A stretch of DNA of 64,000 bases from a virus (Duplodnaviria > Heunggongvirae > Uroviricota > Caudoviricetes): positions 75,336 to 139,335 of the IMG/VR virus record IMGVR_UViG_3300044712_002452; one strand, written 5' to 3'. Position 1 is the stretch's first letter. Each line of letters begins with the position of its first letter. A program made the translations under genes and the position numbers. The notes under the pieces were generated by a model. The model did no database searches. It was not told the DNA's origin and saw only the letters and a list, made by a program, of their open reading frames with translations. Below, piece by piece: positions 27,428 to 36,791 of the stretch.

Positions 27428-28735
27428 TTAAAGTTGAACTTCAGTCTGCTGCAGCGCAGGATTGGTAATAAAGCCTTGACCGTACACGTATTGTTCACCC
27501 GTTGCACACGGTATAGCGTGGCTAACAGGCAATCCATAACAATCGGTGATGCGGTTGGTTTTAGGATAAAAATGATAGATCTTTTCAGAATTGAAATCTT
27601 TGAAAGCGTTTTCACACCAGATTTCATCGATCGTATTATCATAACAAAACACATGCAGCAAAGAAGTAAAAGCTGGATCCATTCGCAAAAACCGACCTAA
27701 GCGCTGTGAACTTTGCCTTTCATTGGAATACGCATGCAAAACGATGCCTTCTCGAAGGTTTTTAAAATTCATCCCTTCTTTGAGCTGGGCAATACTGACT
27801 AGGATGCGGTTGTTACCATCTTCAAAGCTTTTCAGATTGCTTTTTTGATCTTGCGCCGTCATACCTGAATGGTAAATAGCGCTGCCGGCATATTCAGCCA
27901 AATGATTAGCTTGATCTTTGGTATTAACAAACACCAAAGTTTTGTCCTTCATGTTACGCAACACAAATTTGGCATAGTTTAATTTGGATTCATATCCCAG
28001 TAGTGCACTCAATCGATAGATTCGCAAATTTTCCAGTTGCTTTTCCTTTTCATTACTGAAAATCAGCAATTTTTTAGCTGACTCTCTTTTTTCCAATTCT
28101 AGCTCGTTGATCTTGTTAGTAAAATACTCGTAGTTCTGCTTTTCTGAAATATTGAACGTTTGGCTGTTTTGCCCACGAATGGCGATATAAGGCCGTGTAC
28201 CCAAGGGAATGTGATGGATCAAGATGCGATAATCGTTTAAAACATCTTTTTGAATCGCATTATCGGTTTTGTATTCATACATCACCGGCGCATAGGTGTT
28301 CACCATATACCCTTTGTCGCTGGTTTTGTAACGCGGCGCCGAACCGGTCAGTCCTAAAATCGGACCGCCGTATTGAGCCAAAATGAAATCATGACTATCT
28401 TTTACCAACGAATGAATTTCATCCAAATAAAGCTTTTTGTAATCGCTTAGTTTGGTTTTGGATAAAGAGCGATAAGTCACAAAATCAATGGCTTTCAATA
28501 GATATTCATAGCCGTGTTCCAGCGCATCGGTTTTCCAGGTATCGATAATAGCAATTTTAGGAATCACCACCAAAAATCGACTGTCGGAGTTGTAATTCCG
28601 AGCCATGTCTTTAATTCCCAACAAGGTTTTTCCGCCACCCATCGTGATCGCAGCGGTGCATCGGTAATTTTGAGCAATAACAGCTAAGGCTTCTTCTTGA
28701 ATCTTGGTTTTAATAGCAGCAGTTAAATGGCTCAT
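27428..28735 (-). CDS. SF2 DEAD/DEAH-box helicase (UvsW-like size)
   Basis: Motif I ITMGGGKT, motif II LYLDEIHS, motif III LGLTGS, motif VI QRLGRFLR. Confidence 0.7.
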   Translation of the reverse strand: MSHLTAAIKTKIQEEALAVIAQNYRCTAAITMGGGKTLLGIKDMARNYNSDSRFLVVIPKIAIIDTWKTDALEHGYEYLLKAIDFVTYRSLSKTKLSDYKKLYLDEIHSLVKDSHDFILAQYGGPILGLTGSAPRYKTSDKGYMVNTYAPVMYEYKTDNAIQKDVLNDYRILIHHIPLGTRPYIAIRGQNSQTFNISEKQNYEYFTNKINELELEKRESAKKLLIFSNEKEKQLENLRIYRLSALLGYESKLNYAKFVLRNMKDKTLVFVNTKDQANHLAEYAGSAIYHSGMTAQDQKSNLKSFEDGNNRILVSIAQLKEGMNFKNLREGIVLHAYSNERQSSQRLGRFLRMDPAFTSLLHVFCYDNTIDEIWCENAFKDFNSEKIYHFYPKTNRITDCYGLPVSHAIPCATGEQYVYGQGFITNPALQQTEVQL

Positions 28736-28737
28736 GT

Positions 28738-29235
28738 TTAATTGTAGTTAAATGAATTAACGTTTTCGATGATATTTCGCAGAGAATTATCTCGATTCTC
28801 AAATTTGTTTTTAACGGCCATCCGACGGTACAATTCTTTTTGGGTACGACTACCGTATTCGCTATTGAATAAAGCTTTCAAAGCTTGGTACTGTTTGTCA
28901 ATTTGATTGTATCGGCCCTGCAGATTTTTTAATTGAGAATGGGTCTTTGATAACTCCAATTTTTTGTGATTGAGTTCAGTTTCATAGCTTTCCAACTGAT
29001 TCACCAATACATGATTGCGGGCATCTAATTTGATGTTTTCAGTCATCAAATTTTCAATCTGAGCTTCTTTTTCGACACAAATAGATCGAAAATATTCACT
29101 GAGTTCAATGTAATACTTTAGGTTTTCCACATAGCTCACTGAAACCAACTGACGATTATAAATCGTAAAGTGATTCAGCGTGATCCATTCGATCAACTTA
29201 CAAAAAAGGTGACTGATTTTCTTTTTCATTTTCAT
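28738..29235 (-). CDS. coiled-coil hypothetical protein
   Basis: ORF 28738..29442 overlaps the HNH gene. Start is probably the internal MKMKKK. Confidence 0.4.
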   Translation of the reverse strand: MKMKKKISHLFCKLIEWITLNHFTIYNRQLVSVSYVENLKYYIELSEYFRSICVEKEAQIENLMTENIKLDARNHVLVNQLESYETELNHKKLELSKTHSQLKNLQGRYNQIDKQYQALKALFNSEYGSRTQKELYRRMAVKNKFENRDNSLRNIIENVNSFNYN

Positions 29236-29647
29236 TGTTTGAGTTAATAGATAACCGAGAAGCAGACAATTCGAGAATAGTGGCTTCTTTGGGATGTTCT
29301 TCGATCCAATCGTGACAGCTTCGGCAGACTGGTTTCCAGGTGTTTGTAGCCAGTAAGTATATTCCTCTACCGCGGGCGTGATGAACGTCCGTAGCCTGGT
29401 AGGTACAAACTGGTAATTGGGCACAACAGATTTGGTTTTCATCTTTTGAAAAAAAATCGGTTCTGAGTTCTAAATAAAGTTTGTCTTCCTCGATTTTTTT
29501 GACTCCTTTGGGGGCAATCGATTTAACCGGATTTTTTTTCAACCAGCAAGGCTGACAATACTTTTCACGACCTTTGGATTTCCAAATTCTGCGAGGCTTT
29601 TGACAGCCATCGCAGAATTTTAGTTTGACCCCTACAGTAGTACTCAC
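29198..29647 (-). CDS. HNH endonuclease
   Basis: CDGCQKP...CQPCW zinc knuckle, plus HHARGRG...CRSCHDWIEEH (HNH His-Me finger). Confidence 0.55.
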   Translation of the reverse strand: MSTTVGVKLKFCDGCQKPRRIWKSKGREKYCQPCWLKKNPVKSIAPKGVKKIEEDKLYLELRTDFFSKDENQICCAQLPVCTYQATDVHHARGRGIYLLATNTWKPVCRSCHDWIEEHPKEATILELSASRLSINSNNENEKENQSPFL

Positions 29648-29650
29648 GCT

Positions 29651-30175
29651 TTAAAAGTTTACTTTGTCAATATCGATATCGGATTCTTTAGGATCATTTT
29701 TAGGCGTCGGCTCTTTTCTTTTGGATTTGCCGCCACCCACCGGCGTAAGCACGGGTTTAATGGGCGCACCGTTGTTTGAGTCATAACCGTTGTAATTTCC
29801 GTCATTGTTGTATCCGTTTTTTCGATTTTGGACGCAGATTTCACACTGGCATTTACCTACATGGGCCAGTTCTGGTTCGGCTTCTGCAATCAACTCACCA
29901 TAAGGTCCGAGGATTTCCAAAATCTCACCCGTGATATTGATTTCTTCTACCAAGTCCTGCTTCTTTTTTTCGATCAAATTGCGGGAACCGCTCAAACTGA
30001 TTTCAATTGAATCCAAATTGATTTTATCCAGTTTGACTTTCAATCGATCAGAAGCTATTTTCATCTCTGAAACCGTGTTGAGCAAAAACATCAGGTGTTT
30101 ATTGGATAAGCCACCGAAAGGTTTTTGGTTTTCTGATTTTTGTGTATCCATATTACTGTAGTTTACCGCCGGCAA
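29651..30175 (-). CDS. hypothetical protein
   Basis: 174 aa with a Gly/Asn-rich C-terminal region. Confidence 0.4.
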   Translation of the reverse strand: MPAVNYSNMDTQKSENQKPFGGLSNKHLMFLLNTVSEMKIASDRLKVKLDKINLDSIEISLSGSRNLIEKKKQDLVEEINITGEILEILGPYGELIAEAEPELAHVGKCQCEICVQNRKNGYNNDGNYNGYDSNNGAPIKPVLTPVGGGKSKRKEPTPKNDPKESDIDIDKVNF

Positions 30176-30731
30176 TAGCGGGATGATGAAGGAAAAGTTT
30201 GTTTTTGGTGAATATGCGCACCAGCATTTTTTCAGTGATACCCAGTTGTCGGTAATTGAACCGGGAAGCCGCTAAATCGCTGGCATGCATACGATCGGTG
30301 ATCGTGATTAAAGGTGAGTCTTCTTTTACTGTGTGATAAGCCAAAAACATCAAATAAGCATCAACCCATTTGATTAAATGGCTACGCTTTAAATTTTGCA
30401 GAATTTCCCGGGCTTTGATGTAGCGTACTTTGATTTCGTACTGCATCATTAAAGGGAGTGAATTGAAAAACTGCAGATCATAAGCGTGCATACCGTAAAG
30501 CAGCGCTTTCATTACCGGCGGATGGCTGTTTTTAAGATCTCGTACCGGAGGTAAAAGATTTTCATCCATGGGCCGTGAATGCAAGTAACACAACTGTTGA
30601 TCACTGTTTTCCCCATAAAAAGTAGTAAACCGGGATGTCACATGGACACAAGCCAGGGTTTTTTGTTTTTGGGGTTTACTAGCTACAGAGCGAAGGGATT
30701 TCTTCGCTGGTGCGAGTGTTTGTGGGCTCAT
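30153..30731 (-). CDS. hypothetical protein
   Basis: 192 aa ORF. Confidence 0.45.
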   Translation of the reverse strand: MSPQTLAPAKKSLRSVASKPQKQKTLACVHVTSRFTTFYGENSDQQLCYLHSRPMDENLLPPVRDLKNSHPPVMKALLYGMHAYDLQFFNSLPLMMQYEIKVRYIKAREILQNLKRSHLIKWVDAYLMFLAYHTVKEDSPLITITDRMHASDLAASRFNYRQLGITEKMLVRIFTKNKLFLHHPAIAGGKLQ

Positions 30732-30857
30732 TTTTGTTAAATTGAGGGTGTAAAAATAAAGGAATATGTAGATTTATTTGTCAATTTACAGATTTATTTG
30801 TAGAATAAAGACAACAAAAAGCCGCTTGGTGTAAGCGGCCTGTAAATGACAAAGGGA

Positions 30858-31193
30858 TTATTCGCAATCTCCGGTATTCAGTTCTTCAAACTGATCATCT
30901 TCACTGGGAGATTCCTGAGAAAAGTCGTCGGCTGGTATTTCGTCTATATCTTCGAAAGAGGGGAGTTGTTTTTTGATTTCAGCCGGTATCTGAGAACGAA
31001 CCGAAGTGAGAGAAGAGCTGGCAAAAGGGTCGTTGATGTGGTCGCCGGCGTTGATGCTCATCAAATATTGATAATCTAAATCTTCCATATCTAAGTAAAT
31101 GGAAATTGGAATATCAATACAGTTTCCATTGGGTAAACTGACTATGGCCATAAAGGGTAAGGATATTGAATAACATAATGGATTACTATCCAA
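30858..31193 (-). CDS. small highly acidic protein (DNA-mimic / anti-restriction candidate)
   Basis: C-terminal half is D/E-rich: FEDIDEIPADDFSQESPSEDDQFEE. The annotated start appears to be TTG. Terminator hairpin at 30818-30840. Confidence 0.45.
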   Translation of the reverse strand: MDSNPLCYSISLPFMAIVSLPNGNCIDIPISIYLDMEDLDYQYLMSINAGDHINDPFASSSLTSVRSQIPAEIKKQLPSFEDIDEIPADDFSQESPSEDDQFEELNTGDCE

Positions 31194-31261
31194 AGTTATT
31201 TATTCTACAAATTAAAGATCAAACTTTACTCTTAATATGGTTATAAGTCAGCTACATATGG

Positions 31262-31468
31262 CTAAACGGTTGAAAAAGCTTCCGGTTTAGAACTTTTTAG
31301 ATGTTCAAATACCTGTTTCCAGTACATTTTTCGTTCGGCGGCCAGGTCCAAATTCAATTTTTCTTTCAATTCTGCGATCTCCCGGCGCAGTTGTTGATTT
31401 TCGGAAGTCAAACGAATCATATGGTTGTGAATGATTTGTTCTTGACTTAAAGGTGGAACCAAAGTCAT
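31262..31468 (-). CDS. small coiled-coil protein
   Basis: 68 aa, heptad-like ENQQLRREIAELKEKL. Confidence 0.35.
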   Translation of the reverse strand: MTLVPPLSQEQIIHNHMIRLTSENQQLRREIAELKEKLNLDLAAERKMYWKQVFEHLKSSKPEAFSTV

Positions 31469-31565
31469 GTGTTTAAGGTTTGATAAGGTTTAATAAAAAA
31501 CCCGGAACAAAACGCAGCAAAGCGCTTTATTTCCGGGCGGTATAAGAAAGGTAAGCAGAGGATAT

Positions 31566-31937
31566 TTAATAATCGATCACAATGCGATTTTGGTCGATGT
31601 TGATGGCTTTAGCCCCGCGGATCCGAATGCTACAGTTTCCGATTTGAAATTCACTGACATCTTTTAAAGGCGAAATCACCGGTTTACTGACAGGCGCAGG
31701 CTCAGGGGTTACCGTTTTGTCTTGAATGAGTTCAAAAATACGAGAACCGGCTGATTTTTTGAATGGAGCGCCTCGGTGAACCTGGGGCAATCGCAATCCA
31801 TCTTTTTTCCATAACCCCTTGTAATAATGAACCGTAGATACCGCGATTCCCATTCGGTCCGCGATTTCTTGAGGGGTTATAGATTGTTCAACCAGCTTTC
31901 TGATTTGACCCAATTCTTCAGGATTAAGTCGTTTCAT
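31566..31937 (-). CDS. helix-turn-helix DNA-binding protein
   Basis: ITPQEIADRMGIAVSTVHYY is an HTH. Promoter motif variant at 31959-31970, terminator at 31503-31543. Confidence 0.55.
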   Translation of the reverse strand: MKRLNPEELGQIRKLVEQSITPQEIADRMGIAVSTVHYYKGLWKKDGLRLPQVHRGAPFKKSAGSRIFELIQDKTVTPEPAPVSKPVISPLKDVSEFQIGNCSIRIRGAKAINIDQNRIVIDY

Positions 31938-32004
31938 GTTAGTTCATTTGAAGTCTTAAAATAGCAATTCTACATAAATATAGTGTAATTCTATAACAAA
32001 CGTG

Positions 32005-32565
32005 TTAATTTGTCGTTTTGTTTAGAAATACATGCTGGATTTGAAGATATTTTTTAAGTCTTCCATACAGTTCATCCGTTGGTTTTTGGGTAAAATACTC
32101 GTTTCCGTAGATCATTTCTTCTTTGCTTTCTTCCCAACGTTTAAGGGTTCGCATGTGTTTCCAGGTATCATCGAGTTCATGAATTTGCGGGTATTTGCCC
32201 ACCGGCTCAAAATACTGAAACAGCAAGGTTTTATGGTTACGCCCGATATCAATGATAATATTTTTTTTCGGATCCGTGGCGTGAATCAAATGCAGCCAGG
32301 CATGGTTGTATTCTACGTATCTACCTTTTTGTTGGTCTTCAAATTCACCATGAAAAATGCGGGTTTCTTTGTATCCGGATTGATTTCCGGGAAACAATAT
32401 GATTTCATCGATCAGTAAAGCTGTGAGAAAAGCCGTTTGCCGGCAGCAATTTCGTTGCCATTCGTTAAAATGAACCGGATTGTAATGGTGAAACATTTCA
32501 GTGATAGAAGGTTTCACGACATAAAAAAGCAAGGTTTTTAATTTTTCAAATTGTTCAGTAGTCAT
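32005..32565 (-). CDS. hypothetical protein
   Basis: 186 aa ORF. Confidence 0.45.
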   Translation of the reverse strand: MTTEQFEKLKTLLFYVVKPSITEMFHHYNPVHFNEWQRNCCRQTAFLTALLIDEIILFPGNQSGYKETRIFHGEFEDQQKGRYVEYNHAWLHLIHATDPKKNIIIDIGRNHKTLLFQYFEPVGKYPQIHELDDTWKHMRTLKRWEESKEEMIYGNEYFTQKPTDELYGRLKKYLQIQHVFLNKTTN

Positions 32566-32587
32566 AAAAAAGGTTTAAAATAAAAAC

Positions 32588-32612
32588 CCCGGACCAGGAA
32601 TAGTCCGGGGGA
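32588..32612 (-). terminator. terminator of tmRNA gene
   Basis: CCCCGGAC-caggaatagt-CCGGGGG, followed on the minus strand by TTTTTATTTT. Confidence 0.55.
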
Positions 32613-32634
32613 ACAACACCATTAAAAAACTCCG

Positions 32635-33143
32635 TGGAGCCGGGGGGAGTCGAACCCCCGTCTTGATAAGAATCCCCATTAGCATACTCTTACGTGCGTA
32701 GTACTGAAGTGTCCACCGCGCTACCTTCCGGCTTTGCTTTGTCTGTATTCTTCTGCACCGTAGTTAGGGCTGCTGGTTAAAGCAACCTCCACCACCAACT
32801 TTTGAGAAAAGCTGGAAAACGAATCGGAGTTAGCCTATCCGATAACCAGATTGTATGCCGAATCTCACGGCGCAACTTCGGTACTATTAGTTTGGCGTAC
32901 GCCACTCTCCCTACCAATCTGTATATAGTTTTGCGACTTTCTGTTCCACCACTGTCGCCGCGGGATCGCAAATTAAGCTGCTACAGCTTCATTCTGGAAG
33001 ATGCTTGCCAAGATGGCTTCACCTTCAGCGATGCGGGAAATCTTTGATTTGCCGTTTATAGAATTCCATGGATTGCAGGCACATGGCGCCCTTACACGAT
33101 GCTAACGTTGATCACGAATCAATCAAATTCCAAAGTCGGCCCC
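32635..33143 (-). ncRNA. ssrA: tmRNA (ssrA)
   Basis: On the minus strand the 5' end GGGGCCGACUUUGGAAUUUGAUUGAUUCGUG parallels the E. coli tmRNA 5' end. The 3' end GACGGGGGUUCGACUCCCCCCGGCUCCA has a T-arm plus acceptor, and the 7-bp acceptor pairs GGGGCCG/CGGCUCC. An internal reading frame ends ...QNEAVAA-UAA, like YALAA. A rho-independent terminator follows at 32588-32612. Length about 509 nt; 5' end is less certain. Confidence 0.6.
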
Positions 33144-33156
33144 GTTTAAATCCGGA

Positions 33157-33600
33157 TTAATTCAATCCGGATTCTAATTGAAATGCGTCCATACGACCCA
33201 ATATGAAACAAAAGCATTCCAGCGTCATTTCACGCACATGGGAAGTATGGTATTCAGCATATTGTGGATTGACTTGAACCAAGAAATATACATTGGCCAA
33301 GTCTATCATTTCTTGATACTGCGTAAGACTCATTACCATTTCTAAACAACCAATTCCATAGTACAAATACTTCAAATTGTGAGCAGATTGATACTTTGGA
33401 TTGGATTCAAATTCACGCATAATCGCCTCGATATCAGGTTTGATAATCTCGGTTGGATTGGACCCAATGGGTACAGATTTTGGATTCAGAAAATTGGATT
33501 CAAAAAAATGAACAAAAAGCGTTCGGTAAATTTCTACTTGTAAGTCTTCTTTTGAAAAATGGCATACTTCTTGCAATTTTTCTTCAATCGGTTGAGTCAT
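33157..33600 (-). CDS. hypothetical protein
   Basis: 147 aa ORF. Confidence 0.45.
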   Translation of the reverse strand: MTQPIEEKLQEVCHFSKEDLQVEIYRTLFVHFFESNFLNPKSVPIGSNPTEIIKPDIEAIMREFESNPKYQSAHNLKYLYYGIGCLEMVMSLTQYQEMIDLANVYFLVQVNPQYAEYHTSHVREMTLECFCFILGRMDAFQLESGLN

Positions 33601-33640
33601 AAGGTTAATTAACTATCGGTTTATAATTGGGGTTTATTTA

Positions 33641-34132
33641 TTAGGACAAGGAAGTTTGGTTTTGTGGCAGCAAGTATAGGTAAGCATAGCTCATATCAAC
33701 TACATATTGAATGTTCTGAGTGCTATTCCATTGCTGAAAAGCTTCATTTACATGCTCCATGGCTTCAATTAAAGTCCATTGGTTTACTTTAACCAAATGA
33801 GCTAATACGTGAGGCATTCTACCGTTGATATGGGCCAGTCCGGCATGTTTAACTTGATGGCACTCAGGACAAAGGGCTATAACGCCCGTCAGGGTTTGGA
33901 TTCGTTTTTCATGATCGATTTCCCATTTTTCGTGGCATTCGACCGGATGATTTCGACCCTGATTTTTACCATTGTCGTCGCAGATTTCGCACACATAACC
34001 GGCATTGCGATAACAGTTTTTACGAACATAATCCCATTCTAAAGCGCTTAATTCTTTTCGTAAATTGATGTATTGGGTTTTTGCCGGTACCAGCTCACAA
34101 ACAAGTTTAGGTAGGTTATTTGGGTACTGCAT
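33641..34132 (-). CDS. Cys/His-rich zinc-finger protein (HNH-like)
   Basis: CEICDDNG...HPVECHEKWEIDHE...ALCPECHQVKH. Confidence 0.45.
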   Translation of the reverse strand: MQYPNNLPKLVCELVPAKTQYINLRKELSALEWDYVRKNCYRNAGYVCEICDDNGKNQGRNHPVECHEKWEIDHEKRIQTLTGVIALCPECHQVKHAGLAHINGRMPHVLAHLVKVNQWTLIEAMEHVNEAFQQWNSTQNIQYVVDMSYAYLYLLPQNQTSLS

Positions 34133-34440
34133 GTCGGATAATTATTGGTTTAAGGTTGTCAAATATATATGCTTTATAGATATATCGTTGTAATTTGTAG
34201 ACATTTATTTTTTCTCCAAAAAGTAGATTTAATCTCCAAAATACAACCTGTTTTTCTGGATGTTTAAACATCTATTTGTTCAAAAAATTCTAATAGATTG
34301 ATTTTGACACAATTGAAAATTGAATTTCTTGCACAGAATCGAAAAATTTTAAAACCTACAAGAATACATTTTGAAGATTTAAACCTGAATTTGAGGGAAA
34401 AAAGTCTTTTTCGGATATCAAATTGCCTAAATCAAATTTT

Positions 34441-34698
34441 TTAAAACGCAAGTTCATCTTGCCGTTTGTATGCATCAGGATCTGCGATTTCTTCTTCGAA
34501 TTGTTTTTTTAACCGGGCCGTATCGGCATTAAGTTCTTCCAGTTTACCAGTTAACAAATCGATATTCCAGATTTCAGGGGTTTCAGTAGATACGGGATCT
34601 GACAAATACAGGGATTCATTGTGCATTTTTAAACACAAAGCCGACAGTTCAGCTGATTTAGCTGCGACACATAATAAGGGATGGGGGAGTTGACTCAT
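34441..34698 (-). CDS. hypothetical protein
   Basis: ORF 34441..34812. Start is probably the internal MSQLPHP. Confidence 0.3.
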   Translation of the reverse strand: MSQLPHPLLCVAAKSAELSALCLKMHNESLYLSDPVSTETPEIWNIDLLTGKLEELNADTARLKKQFEEEIADPDAYKRQDELAF

Positions 34699-35050
34699 GG
34701 CGTAAATTTTGAGAATTAGAGATTTTTGTATCGATCGCGGGCATTGATGTCCAGCGGTTGATCTTTGCCGGCAACAAGCGCAGCGTAAATCCAAATGAAC
34801 AACCCTGCGCATAAAATAGTACCCGTTAATAAGTATTTAAGTTCCATAGGTGCTTTTTTTTGAATTGAAAGAATCTGAAACTTTGGTTTTTTGGGCGTTT
34901 TGTGCCCGGCGGTTGCGCCAGTCTATGCCGTATATAATATACCACAGGGCGCCGAGTAATGCAATCTTCATTTGGAGAGTTTTAGTCTACGAATATAAAT
35001 AAATCTACACAATAAATATGTAGATTTATTTAATTTTTTTTTGAAACGCG

Positions 35051-35542
35051 TTACAGCCGTCCTTCATCGGCAAAGCTGAAATAACTTGATTCTGTTAGAA
35101 TGATATGATCCAGCAATTGAATATCCAGTAATTTACCGGCGTCTTTGATTTTTGAAGTCAGTGATTGGTCGGCTTGACTGGGTGATAAATTTCCGCTGGG
35201 GTGATTGTGACAAATAGCCAAAGCAGTAGCGTTACAAAGCAATGCTTGTGCGTACAGCAATCGGGGATCCATTACGGTACCTGTGACGCCACCGGTGCTT
35301 AAGCAAGTGTATCCAACCATTGTATTTGCCCGATTGAAAAATATAGCATAAGCGCATTCCTGGATATTAATTAGATCCTGATCGAAAATCATTCTAAAAA
35401 GCTCAACTAAAAAAGGGCTTGTGTTAACCGTAGACAAATTGCCGTATTTTGCAAATTCTTCCATGAAGCAATTCTCTGATTTTAAAGAAAGCTTTTTGAA
35501 TAACTTGGATTCCAGCATAGATTCATCGAATATTAAAGTGCT
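35051..35542 (-). CDS. RadC-like JAB/MPN domain protein
   Basis: JAMM motif HNHPSGNLSPSQAD. Start is probably the internal Met (ORF track 35617). Confidence 0.65.
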   Translation of the reverse strand, partial: STLIFDESMLESKLFKKLSLKSENCFMEEFAKYGNLSTVNTSPFLVELFRMIFDQDLINIQECAYAIFFNRANTMVGYTCLSTGGVTGTVMDPRLLYAQALLCNATALAICHNHPSGNLSPSQADQSLTSKIKDAGKLLDIQLLDHIILTESSYFSFADEGRL

Positions 35543-35625
35543 CATAATTGATTGATTTGTTGTAAAAAAAAGAGCCTGCAGAGCATAATTGCTGGCAGGC
35601 TCAAACACCAAAACCAAAATAGATA

Positions 35626-36066
35626 CTATAGTTCTTTGCGATTGTAGAGTTTAGCGAAATCAGAAACAATCGTAAACACTGCTTGAATTTCTTCTTCAAA
35701 TACGTCGGTATAAAGAGTCTCAAAAGAGTTTTTGTAAGCCGGCGTTATTCGACAATGATAGCCTTTTGCCATAGAATCGTACAGTGTATCAAACTCATCT
35801 ACTTTTTCCAAACTGCAAATGAATTTTTTGGCTTCCGCCAACCAGTTCAAATCTGAGTCGAAGTACAAATTACTCAATAATTTTTTTTCAACGTATTTTT
35901 TATCGTTTGATCCGCAACTCCAAGTTTTTGATTTATGATATAGATTGTAACAAGTTCCCTTGTAATAAACCGGAGTATTGACAAGGCTGAACCATTCTTC
36001 TATCTTAAAAACACCAAGCATCAAAGATATTTGCTTATTGCGTTCTTGTATTTCTTGTTGTTTCAC
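35626..36066 (-). CDS. hypothetical protein
   Basis: 146 aa. Terminator at 35578-35605. Confidence 0.45.
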   Translation of the reverse strand: MKQQEIQERNKQISLMLGVFKIEEWFSLVNTPVYYKGTCYNLYHKSKTWSCGSNDKKYVEKKLLSNLYFDSDLNWLAEAKKFICSLEKVDEFDTLYDSMAKGYHCRITPAYKNSFETLYTDVFEEEIQAVFTIVSDFAKLYNRKEL

Positions 36067-36433
36067 GTTCTTTAAGTTTAGTTATTAACTCTTGTTTTTG
36101 TTCCGGAGAAAGTATAAAACCGTTGTAAGAAATCTTTAAATGGTTCACACTTCCAAACTGTTTTACAAATAGTAAAAATCCTCCCGCCCCAGTCATAGCA
36201 TGTCCTATTCGTACACTAAACACATCACCTTCGTGATATATAGTAACGTCAGGTTCTTTACCATCAAAAAACTCTTTCATAGCTTCTCTCAGATCTTGCT
36301 CTGTAAAAGAAAGATTCTTCTTTTTTCTCTTTTCTTTTGGCAACAACTTCCATAGTACGTAACCAAAAAAAGCTGCACCAATAAGTATTCCAGTAAATAC
36401 TCCAATAGTTGTAAGTATTAATACATCGTTCAT
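36035..36433 (-). CDS. membrane-anchored hypothetical protein
   Basis: N-terminal TM ILTTIGVFTGILIGAAFFGYVLW. Confidence 0.4.
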   Translation of the reverse strand: MNDVLILTTIGVFTGILIGAAFFGYVLWKLLPKEKRKKKNLSFTEQDLREAMKEFFDGKEPDVTIYHEGDVFSVRIGHAMTGAGGFLLFVKQFGSVNHLKISYNGFILSPEQKQELITKLKERETTRNTRTQ

Positions 36434-36458
36434 TACTCAGGGGATTTAAAATTAAAAA

Positions 36459-36791
36459 TCAGGGTTTTCTGTCAACTATAACCATTCCCATTTCAGGATG
36501 ATATTGAATCGCACATTGATACTCCGCAGCTAATTGATAAAACTTTTCAAGAAACTCTTTATGCTTTTCGTTGATCGTATTTTTATCTAGTTCAATTTTT
36601 TGACTTTCTAAACCGGCCCGACGTAAACCTATCTCAATGCCGCGTTTAATGCCTAAATGCCATGTACTTCTCATGTCATTTTTGGTGTATTTTGTTGTTC
36701 CAAAAATTAAACCTAAAATACCATCGCTTTCTGTGAAAGATATATCACCGCTTATTTCTTCTTTAAAGATTTTATTAATTCGTAAGTCCAT
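36459..36791 (-). CDS. hypothetical protein
   Basis: 110 aa ORF. Confidence 0.4.
   Translation of the reverse strand: MDLRINKIFKEEISGDISFTESDGILGLIFGTTKYTKNDMRSTWHLGIKRGIEIGLRRAGLESQKIELDKNTINEKHKEFLEKFYQLAAEYQCAIQYHPEMGMVIVDRKP

Noticed and set aside
30846-31079. Plus-strand 77-aa ORF antisense to the acidic protein gene
   Set aside because: Its Phe/Leu-rich composition is the mirror of GAA/GAT codons. It is more likely a non-coding antisense RNA driven by the 30766-30806 motifs than a protein.
33143-33160. Possible integrase/att boundary next to tmRNA
   Set aside because: No tyrosine or serine recombinase motifs in any flanking ORF, and phage-like genes continue on both sides. Treated as an internal gene, not a prophage edge.
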